Both the position numbers and the translations under genes were made by a program. Source: Hyperthermus butylicus DSM 5456 (GTDB lineage Archaea > Thermoproteota > Thermoprotei_A > Sulfolobales > Pyrodictiaceae). Taken from it: 32,000 nucleotides of DNA. The DNA lies in the NCBI RefSeq assembly GCF_000015145.1, contig NC_008818.1, forward strand, positions 840,001-872,000, given 5' to 3'. A model generated the notes under the pieces. It saw nothing but the letters and a program-made list of their open reading frames with translations, did not search any database and was not told the DNA's origin. How positions within the stretch are numbered: position 1 is the first letter of the stretch; each line of letters starts with the position of its first letter. Below are positions 25,458 through 32,000 of the stretch, in pieces.

Positions 25458-25946
25458 ATGTTCTGCGGTGGATTCATGACTCGGCCTAGGAGGGAGCGCG
25501 GCAGGGAAACAGGACACCCTGGCGTTGAGGGTACTATAGTGATTCTGGATCTCGACAAATTTGGCGAGGTTGTAGCCGAGAGGGGGTGGAGTGAGTACGA
25601 ACCTAACCCGGCAACGGGGTTGCTGACGAACCTTGTTGAGAGGTTTGCCCGGAAATGGCAGGCTGTCGTTATATATGGGCTCGACGAGGAGAGGGGGACT
25701 GAGGAGGCTGTACTCGAGATACCCTACGTGGAGCCAGAGGAGGTTAGGGAGGACCTAGAGGCTATAAGGAGGGAGGTTAACCGGCTCGGAGTAGGCGTGA
25801 CTATTGTCGCAGTGAAGGGCATTGTTACGGGACAGCCAGCTATGGATAGGAGGGAGGCCTACTATGGCACACCATTTAGGAGGTATGCGAGAAGCCTACT
25901 TGAGAAGCTTAAGCGCCGTGGCGGAAACGCCGTGTTCATCGGCTAG
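25458..25946 (+). CDS. Small GGDEF/nucleotide-cyclase-palm-like protein (resembles the N-terminal domain of archaeal GTP cyclohydrolase III)
   Basis: IVILDLDKFGEVV...EPNP... then YGLDEERGTEEAVL parallels the GCH-III pattern I.IDNYGPWT..PNP and the GGDEF-type beta-hairpin. 156-162 aa (ATG at 25458 or 25476). Confidence 0.35.
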   Translation: MFCGGFMTRPRRERGRETGHPGVEGTIVILDLDKFGEVVAERGWSEYEPNPATGLLTNLVERFARKWQAVVIYGLDEERGTEEAVLEIPYVEPEEVREDLEAIRREVNRLGVGVTIVAVKGIVTGQPAMDRREAYYGTPFRRYARSLLEKLKRRGGNAVFIG

Positions 25947-27082
25947 TAGTCGATAGCTGCTCGTATGCTTGTAGGCTCTGTTGTGGGTAGCACGTTAGCT
26001 TCAAACTCTACCCTTACAGTCTTCTCTTCCCGTCTTCCAGCCACCACGCCTTCGTAAAGTATCCTTCTCAGCTCCTCCTCGATTTCGGCCTCTTCGAGCT
26101 TCATGTAGTGTTTTGCTAGCTCGTATAGCCTCGCAAAGGGCCTACTTGCACCATTGTATCCAAGCCTGTTGTTTGCAACCTCAACAAGCATCCACGCGTT
26201 GAAGAGGGCTCTGGCCTCGAAACTTTCAACAAGCATTTCATGGGTTAAATTGAGATGCTTTGAAGCCTTTTCCAACAATGCATGGTAAATCTTTATTTCT
26301 TCACCCTTCAGCTTGGCTGGACCGAAACGCACCTGCTGCTTGCTAATATGTCTCTCGCCAGCACCTGGAATGATTATCTTACCATAGCCCGCCTTGTGCC
26401 GCCAAGTCTGTGTATCACCGCTATCCACTCCTATCAGTTTAAGCAGGGGGATTACTGCCGCTGATGCGATGCCTAGCGCGTGAAGCTTACCCCTCCAGAG
26501 CTTACGCATCAAAATAAGAAACAAGAGGGCCTTGAGCCTGGAGAATTTGCCGGCCCGCTGCATAAAGTATGGTATTAGCCCTCCCACAGCCGCTATACAC
26601 GCGTTAGACGTGTACTCCACGAGCTGTATGCGAAGTGACTCGCCAATAGCCAGGTGGAAGACCGGTATAAGGCGCCCCTCCTCAACCTTGCCACGAAGCA
26701 TCGACTTTAGAGTCATGAACGTACTAACGGTCTTAGCTATCTTCAACGCTCTAATATCATCACTATCCCGTGGCGATGGAGGGTAGTCGAGGCTCACATA
26801 GTAGTCCGCATCTATTTCACGGTAGATCTTTGCTATCCTGTACGCTCCTGGATCAATACCCTCTCGGAGGAACTGGTAACCACCACTATCAAGCCACAGC
26901 TCAACGTCATCTGTTAACCCTAAAAGCTTACGTAGACCTCGGCCCCTCATGCTGCTCAGCTTCCGGCTCTTGAGGATGCTATACGCGTTAACCATGACAC
27001 CGCGGATTGGAAGTATACGCCACGGGTATATCGTTGTCTCAATCGGCGTTCCCAGGATCAGCTTAAAACCGTTACCAGCCAT
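25943..27082 (-). CDS. tRNA-guanine-transglycosylase-fold protein, DpdA/TgtA5-like, lacking the TGT zinc site and PUA domain
   Basis: LWLDSGGYQFL matches the TGT DSGGFQ motif. Further matches are SLDYPP, AAVGGLIPY, LHALGIAS and GVDSGDTQTW in TGT motif order. The N-terminal FKLILGT...W...VMVNAYSI resembles DpdA-type N-termini. There is only one Cys in 379 aa. Confidence 0.55.
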   Translation of the reverse strand: MAGNGFKLILGTPIETTIYPWRILPIRGVMVNAYSILKSRKLSSMRGRGLRKLLGLTDDVELWLDSGGYQFLREGIDPGAYRIAKIYREIDADYYVSLDYPPSPRDSDDIRALKIAKTVSTFMTLKSMLRGKVEEGRLIPVFHLAIGESLRIQLVEYTSNACIAAVGGLIPYFMQRAGKFSRLKALLFLILMRKLWRGKLHALGIASAAVIPLLKLIGVDSGDTQTWRHKAGYGKIIIPGAGERHISKQQVRFGPAKLKGEEIKIYHALLEKASKHLNLTHEMLVESFEARALFNAWMLVEVANNRLGYNGASRPFARLYELAKHYMKLEEAEIEEELRRILYEGVVAGRREEKTVRVEFEANVLPTTEPTSIRAAIDY

Positions 27083-27180
27083 GATGCCGCGCCACTGATG
27101 TTAATACCCTTGATGTAGGGACTAAAGGTGTTATCCAAGAGCGGGAAACCAGATACATAAACACATGTTGAAGCATACTC

Positions 27181-27189
27181 CTATATTAG
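27181..27189 (+). promoter_or_regulatory. TATA box (CTATATTAG) for the sRNA pair at 27210-27373
   Basis: Centred 25-26 nt upstream of AUGGGG at 27210, which is ideal archaeal promoter geometry. Confidence 0.55.
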
Positions 27190-27209
27190 CCTTGACCCCC
27201 TACAACAAT

Positions 27210-27298
27210 ATGGGGTGTGAGGAAGCTCGAAAGGGCTGAAGCCCCCAGGAGCATAACTCCTGGGGGAGCTGTGAAGACCCGCGCAGCACCGACCCCAT
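27210..27298 (+). ncRNA. Box C/D-architecture sRNA with non-canonical boxes (C GUGAGGA, D' CUGA, C' GUGAAGA, D CCGA) and a 10-bp hairpin inserted between D' and C'
   Basis: AUGGGG(27210-15)-UGU-GAGGA(27219-23)-12 nt-CUGA(27236-39)-AG-[CCCCCAGGAG-CAUAA-CUCCUGGGGG 27242-66]-AGC-UGU-GAAGA(27273-77)-11 nt-CCGA(27289-92)-CCCCAU(27293-98). A perfect 6-bp terminal stem abuts the D box. Confidence 0.7.
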
Positions 27299-27308
27299 AA
27301 CCTCCTGA

Positions 27309-27373
27309 CGGCTGTGATGAAGTTACGCACTCGGGGAGCCCACGCTATGACCGAGTCCACCTCGCTGATGCCG
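27309..27373 (+). ncRNA. Box C/D sRNA (canonical C and D boxes with a terminal stem)
   Basis: CGGC(27309-12)-U-GUGAUGA(27314-20)...CUGA(27365-68)-U-GCCG(27370-73). 44 nt lie between the boxes. C'/D' are degenerate. It lies 10 nt downstream of the variant sRNA and overlaps the 3' end of the convergent ORF 27345-27752. Confidence 0.65.
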
Positions 27374-27752
27374 CTTTAGCCGGAGTAATGCTACACATGT
27401 AACTAATCCCGCAGCCCTCTACACGGACTAGCAGCTGGTCTTCAGCTGTCTCCACGGACAGGCTAGGCGTTGAGCAGCCAGGCTTAGCGATGACCGGAAC
27501 TACAGTTCTCCCATACCGCACCTCGATAACTACTATACCTCTTAGCCCAGCCCCAGTGTAAGCCGCATAGGTTTCAAGAAGCAGGTTTCTAGCAGCCCTA
27601 AAGCCAGCTAGAAACCCAACCCATGCATGAGCTATTGCTAGGCAAGATAGCCTAACCATTGTCTCAACAGGCTCGCCGTACGGGTCTATTGAGATTGCCC
27701 AACCCATCTCCACATCTTCAGTGCTAACATTGTAGCGGGCCTCCCTAATCAA
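27345..27752 (-). CDS. Hypothetical protein (135 aa) downstream of the radical-SAM gene
   Basis: ORF starting 14 nt after the radical-SAM stop. TTG start with GGTG upstream. No motif recognised. Confidence 0.5.
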   Translation of the reverse strand: MIREARYNVSTEDVEMGWAISIDPYGEPVETMVRLSCLAIAHAWVGFLAGFRAARNLLLETYAAYTGAGLRGIVVIEVRYGRTVVPVIAKPGCSTPSLSVETAEDQLLVRVEGCGISYMCSITPAKAASARWTRS

Positions 27753-27766
27753 GGCACTACACCGTT

Positions 27767-28519
27767 CTAGGGCTCGTAGTATATCCTGGGTTTTAGGCCG
27801 AGCTTCTCTAGTGCGTGTAGCCTACGCTTAACACTTGGGTATAGAACCATGTACTCAACCTCTAAACCCTCCACGACCTCAGCACCTGCGAACTCTGCAA
27901 TTCTCGAGACAAAGTTTGCCCAACACCGTTCATTCCCGAATGAAGCGAAGACAGCTACGTGGAAGTCTACACCACAATCTGCAAGGTTTTTCACAGCGTA
28001 GAGCTGATAGTTAAAGGCCTCTGGCTTTGCGGCTGTGAGCTTGCTAAATAGCTCCGCACTACAAGCCTTTATGGAGACTCTCACATGGAGATTACGGTAC
28101 TCCGCTAACTGGCATGCCTTCGACCGATCATAGCCTAGTATAATACCATTCGTTTCAAGGACGAAGATTAGGCCGCGCTCCCTCGAGAAGTAGTCTAGCA
28201 GTTCTGTTAGGTGGCTCCATCCTATTGTCGGCTCGCCGCCGGAGAGCCTTACGATTCTATATCCCCTACTCCTAGCGATACCGCGCAGCCTACGGTAGGC
28301 CTCGTGAGCAGTAACCCAGAAACCTATTGTAGGGTCATCTCTAGCTCTTCCGGACCAGCAAAAGACGCAGCGAAGGTTGCAGCCAACCACATCGCCTACT
28401 GCACTGCCGCCGTAGAACCTACTGCCCCTAAACCTAGAGTACTTGCGCTTGCTATTCTCAGCAACTCTCTTCTCTAATTCCAATCCAAGCTTTACCGGGT
28501 CAAACCCCCTAATCCTCAC
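27767..28519 (-). CDS. Small radical-SAM protein (activase/QueE-like size class)
   Basis: CX3CX2C cluster motif GCNLRCVFCW, preceded by RFYGGSAVGD. 250 aa with a GTG start after GAGGAG. Confidence 0.75.
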   Translation of the reverse strand: MRIRGFDPVKLGLELEKRVAENSKRKYSRFRGSRFYGGSAVGDVVGCNLRCVFCWSGRARDDPTIGFWVTAHEAYRRLRGIARSRGYRIVRLSGGEPTIGWSHLTELLDYFSRERGLIFVLETNGIILGYDRSKACQLAEYRNLHVRVSIKACSAELFSKLTAAKPEAFNYQLYAVKNLADCGVDFHVAVFASFGNERCWANFVSRIAEFAGAEVVEGLEVEYMVLYPSVKRRLHALEKLGLKPRIYYEP

Positions 28520-28671
28520 GGCGCCATACTCCTCTATGCTACCAGTATAACTTTCTAAGCCCTTATTTTGCCGCTAGTACCGAATATTGTATGCTGGATG
28601 AGTGATAGAACCCCGGCTGACCGCGAGCTGGGCTGCAGAGGGGTGACGAGGTCCTATCCTGACTGACGCCT

Positions 28672-29568
28672 CTACACTAATACTATGTTCACGCTTCTTC
28701 TCGGTACGTTGAACGCCATAGATAGTACTGGGCAGACAGCAGTGAACAGCATTAGTGTTGGTGCTTCAAGAGGATTATTGTAGAAGTATAGGGTTTGCAA
28801 ACATCCCTTAACTATTACTAGTGAGGACTTTGATATCTGTTCGTATATGTGTTCATGTTCCTCCCTTATCACTGTTGCTGCATCACTTCCAATGTCTATA
28901 AGGTCTGTAAGGAGGCTTCCGAGGCCCAGCTCCTCCACATCGTTTACTGCTGCATAATCTTCAAAGCGTTTATTGCGTGCTACACCGATAACGTCTAAGC
29001 CATAGTCTTCGCGCAATATCTTGACCACTATGGCGTCATAGGGTAGCTCGAATACGGATGCAAACAGATAGTATACCACACCGCCAACCCTTGATATCTC
29101 CTTAAGCTTTTCAAGCACAGCCTCTGTGTCGTTACCGCCTATTCTAAAAGCAGAGCTAGCCGTAGCCAAATCCACAGCTGATGGTGGCTCCTCGAATACC
29201 TTGTCGGGGATGTTTAACGGCCTATATCCCGTTGCAAGTGCGGATATGAGTAGTGCTTTTGCAAGCTTTTCCTCGACGGGCTTCTCTGCAAGCGTCTCCT
29301 CCACAGATCTTGCCCTGGCCACTGCCTTGTCTATTGCAGCCTCTATTATCGCCTTATAGGGATCCAAGCCGTTGAGCAGTGTGCGGAGCCTGCGGTAGAG
29401 AACCGTTGCGAGAACAGCAGCCTCTATGTCAGGACCTATGTAGAGGTTTGCCGATTCAATAATCTCACGGAATATTGCTAGCCTCCTAACGTTATCCGAC
29501 TCTGCATGCTCAAGTTCTATAGCCCTCTTCATGAGATTGCATGCAACACAGTAGGGAACAATACGCAA
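28672..29568 (-). CDS. DUF89 (ARMT1-like damage-control phosphatase) family protein, CxxC-containing archaeal subtype
   Basis: N-terminal YCVACNLMKR. Later RIGGNDTE, IVKGCLQTLY and LFTAVCPVLS segments occur in DUF89 order. The usual DNxGE metal motif is not evident (LFASVFE). Confidence 0.5.
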   Translation of the reverse strand: MRIVPYCVACNLMKRAIELEHAESDNVRRLAIFREIIESANLYIGPDIEAAVLATVLYRRLRTLLNGLDPYKAIIEAAIDKAVARARSVEETLAEKPVEEKLAKALLISALATGYRPLNIPDKVFEEPPSAVDLATASSAFRIGGNDTEAVLEKLKEISRVGGVVYYLFASVFELPYDAIVVKILREDYGLDVIGVARNKRFEDYAAVNDVEELGLGSLLTDLIDIGSDAATVIREEHEHIYEQISKSSLVIVKGCLQTLYFYNNPLEAPTLMLFTAVCPVLSMAFNVPRRSVNIVLV

Positions 29569-29765
29569 ACCACTTACACCCTTCCACCCTCCCGGTGATC
29601 CTCCAAAACCTGTACAAAAACACTGAAGAGCACTAAATCAACGTCACTCCGGAGAGTTTCTATCCTGGTACCCCCTTCCTCCCCTCCGGGCCTACGCCAC
29701 CCAGCTAAGCTCATGGGAAAAATATTCTTCGGGAAGGTATTTCGGAGACCATCACAATGCGGAGA

Positions 29766-30311
29766 CTAGCCCTCTGACTTGGATTTCTTAAACCTCTCTA
29801 TGGCCTCTGCTATCTTCCTCTTAGCCTCCTCAGGCCCCCTCCACTCCCTAACCTTAACCCACTTGCCTGGCTCTAGCTCCTTATAGTGCTCGAAGAAGTG
29901 CTTGATCTTCTCGCGGAGTATTTCTGGTAGATCTTCAACACTCTTTATGTTCTTGAAGCTTGGGTCCAGCTTATCCTTTGGCACTGCTATAACCTTGCTG
30001 TCCGGCCCCTCCTCATCCTCCATTACTAGGAGCCCTATTGGCCTAACCTCTATAATAGTACCCGGTAGCACCGGCTGGTTCGATATGACTAGCACATCTA
30101 CAGGATCACCATCCTCCTCCAAGGTGCCCGGTATGAAGCCATAGTTGAACGGGTAGACCATTGAGGTGTAGAGGAACCTATCTACACGAATAACCTCGGC
30201 CTCCTCGTCAAACTCGTACTTTACATTGCTACCCATGGGTATCTCTACTAGGACGTTGACTATATCGGGAGCCTTCTCACCAGGGCCTATTCTCTCGTGT
30301 ATGGAGGCCAT
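29766..30311 (-). CDS. ppa: Inorganic pyrophosphatase (family I)
   Basis: [16 protein letters not shown] and KVIAVP motifs. 181 aa with an ATG start. Confidence 0.95.
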   Translation of the reverse strand: MASIHERIGPGEKAPDIVNVLVEIPMGSNVKYEFDEEAEVIRVDRFLYTSMVYPFNYGFIPGTLEEDGDPVDVLVISNQPVLPGTIIEVRPIGLLVMEDEEGPDSKVIAVPKDKLDPSFKNIKSVEDLPEILREKIKHFFEHYKELEPGKWVKVREWRGPEEAKRKIAEAIERFKKSKSEG

Positions 30312-30419
30312 TGTGTACCAGCCATGGTGTCTGGGCTCTATGCGCTAGTATAAATATATTAGTTCTTGGCTTTGTTGTGCTCCAAGGGGCTGTAAGGAGA
30401 CATTACAGGGCCTAGTGGG

Positions 30420-31010
30420 GTGGCAGGCTTGCCCATCGATAAGGCTAAGATAGAGAAGGCTGTGAGAATGATCCTTGAGGCTATCGGGGAGGATCCAGAG
30501 CGTGAAGGGCTCCGTGAGACGCCGCGACGAGTTGCCGACATGTTTGAGGAGCTGCTTGAGGGCTATGACTTCACCGAAGAATACACATGGTTTACCGAGG
30601 CTACCGACCTGGTTGTGGTTAGCGGTATAAGGTTCTATAGTCTCTGCGAGCATCACCTGCTACCATTCTTCGGTGTAGCCCATGTAGCTTATCTTCCTCG
30701 CGGCAAGGTTATCGGTTTGAGTAAGATTGTGCGTATAGTTAACAAGTATTCTAGAAGGCTACAAATCCAGGAGCGTATGACTAAACAGATAGCTGATGAA
30801 ATCTCCAAGGCTACAGGCTCACCCGACGTGATGGTTATAACTGAGGCTGTACACCTCTGCATGGCTATGAGGGGTGTACGTAATGGGGCGCCAACTGTCG
30901 TAGCTGCAGTGCGGGGCGAATTTGAGCGCGACCAGAGCCTAAAGGAGGAGGTTTACAGGATTATAGAGCCACATAGACTGTCAAGGGTTATCGCGCTTAG
31001 CTTCTTCTAG
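30420..31010 (+). CDS. folE: GTP cyclohydrolase I (FolE type)
   Basis: [29 protein letters not shown] and QIQERMT motifs. 196 aa with a GTG start. Confidence 0.9.
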   Translation: MAGLPIDKAKIEKAVRMILEAIGEDPEREGLRETPRRVADMFEELLEGYDFTEEYTWFTEATDLVVVSGIRFYSLCEHHLLPFFGVAHVAYLPRGKVIGLSKIVRIVNKYSRRLQIQERMTKQIADEISKATGSPDVMVITEAVHLCMAMRGVRNGAPTVVAAVRGEFERDQSLKEEVYRIIEPHRLSRVIALSFF

Positions 31011-31461
31011 CCCGCTTTTCTCTTCCATTTCCACGTTTTAGCTCATACAATGCCATTACAAGACTTGCAACCACGTTATAGCTCATTCCTTCAACTCCAA
31101 CTGGTATGACGACCAAGTCACGTGGCTCTGGTATCTTCTCAAGAACCGTTCGGGGTATGCCGTAGTCCTCCGCGCCTATAATTAATGCTGTCTTCTCTGC
31201 AGGCTCTACCTCGGATAGCAGCTTGTCGCCGTAAACCTCCAGTACTATGTACTTGTCGGCGCTAGCTAGTTTTACAACCTCCTCAACAGAGTCTACAAAG
31301 ACCATATTGCTTCTTACATAGTCTGGCAAAGACTCTAGCCTGTAGTCGGTGCCTGGCCTACGCACAACGTAGAGTCTAGCGTTAGCACTATAAGCTATCA
31401 CTGCCACGTCCTGCAGGTTCTGGGGGTTTTTGGGATGGTAGAAGATGATGCTGAGTTCCAT
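30997..31461 (-). CDS. SPOUT-superfamily (TrmH/SpoU-like) RNA methyltransferase, small form
   Basis: C-terminal knot-region pattern [12 protein letters not shown]...[25 protein letters not shown]. 154 aa. Overlaps the folE 3' end by 14 nt (convergent). Confidence 0.6.
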   Translation of the reverse strand: MELSIIFYHPKNPQNLQDVAVIAYSANARLYVVRRPGTDYRLESLPDYVRSNMVFVDSVEEVVKLASADKYIVLEVYGDKLLSEVEPAEKTALIIGAEDYGIPRTVLEKIPEPRDLVVIPVGVEGMSYNVVASLVMALYELKRGNGREKRARRS

Positions 31462-31500
31462 TTCGTCATCTACACCCCGCCATCACTATTTGACGCTGCA

Positions 31501-31509
31501 GTTATAGCC
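31501..31509 (-). promoter_or_regulatory. TATA box candidate (GGCTATAAC on minus strand) for the SPOUT methyltransferase gene
   Basis: About 43 nt upstream of ATG 31461, with GGGGTG SD-like sequence in between. Confidence 0.35.
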
Positions 31510-31602
31510 AGGACTATCTATGCAGGGCTAGGCGTTAAGCGTAACTGGCGTATACACATAGTGGGTGTTGGGAGCCGCATACCCATCAAGCTCCTCCTCG
31601 AG

Positions 31603-32000
31603 TCACGTATACCCATAGGTCTTGCACTTGAAAGAATCCGTACCAAGGAACCCCACATAGTGAGCGGCGAGGATGTTTACATAGTTGATAGCCGTGGCAG
31701 GCCCGCCTGGGAGTTCGGCAGAGAGCCTAGAGTTCTCGTAGTAGACTATAGCGGCGTATATGCTAGTCAGCTTGAGGATAAGAGAGCAGTACGTGTTCGC
31801 GGCTTGGGGCTTCAGAGCATAACCTATGAGGCTATCTCTGTCATCTACGAGTTCTTCATTAGGAGGATGTATGGAAAGAGGGGTGTCAAGCACATTACTG
31901 GCGACATACGGAGTGCTGTCTACCTTGCACGAAAACTTGTAGAGATAATGAGCAATTTTGACAATTACGTGCTGGTTGAACCGAATGCCGTCGTCTACGT
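31603..32000 (-). CDS. Hypothetical protein, 5'-truncated by the window edge
   Basis: The reading frame of the listed ORF 31603-31893 stays open with no stop up to position 32000 (...YVDDGIRFNQHVIVKIAHYLYKFSCKVDSTPYVASNVLDTPLS...). No motif recognised. Confidence 0.5.
   Translation of the reverse strand, partial: VDDGIRFNQHVIVKIAHYLYKFSCKVDSTPYVASNVLDTPLSIHPPNEELVDDRDSLIGYALKPQAANTYCSLILKLTSIYAAIVYYENSRLSAELPGGPATAINYVNILAAHYVGFLGTDSFKCKTYGYT

Noticed and set aside
1-32000. CRISPR arrays, IS elements, integrases, rRNA and tRNA genes.
   Set aside because: No regularly spaced direct repeats, no transposase or integrase motifs in any listed ORF, and no rRNA- or tRNA-like conserved segments were seen on reading the intergenic regions.

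Overview
This window looks like a gene-dense chromosomal segment from a hyperthermophile-type crenarchaeon. That is an inference from content: a short helicase-less XPF, ThyX, a class II RNR, a KaiC/RadA-like ATPase, box C/D sRNAs, TATA-type promoters, GGTGA-type SD motifs and mid-50s % GC judged by eye. About 30 protein genes are supported. They cover DNA repair and replication (XPF, RNase HII), a dNTP-supply neighbourhood (thyX, nrdJ, dUTPase-family gene), RNA methyltransferases (NOP2/Sun, SPOUT), an ABC-2 exporter pair, a ClC channel, gdhA, ppa, folE, a QueD/PTPS-family gene and several unrecognised ORFs. No rRNA, tRNA, CRISPR array, transposase or integrase was seen. The most unusual content is non-coding. 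Five plus-strand box C/D-architecture sRNAs are visible. Three of them (871-959, 12719-12790, 27210-27298) replace the canonical C/D boxes (RUGAUGA/CUGA) with GUGAGGA- or AUGAGGC-type C boxes and CCGA D boxes. This is a compensatory change that gives a U4-snRNA-like K-turn, while the 11-12 nt guide spacing is kept. Each of the three has its own TATA box about 26 nt upstream. Other points worth a second look: (1) a zinc-site-less TGT/DpdA-like transglycosylase next to a small radical-SAM gene, with folE and a Cys-to-Ser QueD variant nearby; (2) an EPSP-synthase-fold protein with eroded catalytic motifs; (3) a small GGDEF/GTP-cyclohydrolase-III-like palm protein; (4) a low-GC island (about 10.6-12.7 kb) carrying an FkbM methyltransferase; (5) a GC-rich structured block with a canonical K-turn hairpin; (6) three frame disruptions (ClC channel tail, and two in a glyoxylate-reductase gene) that all map to homopolymer runs. 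Functional calls rest on motifs recognised by eye. No database search was run.
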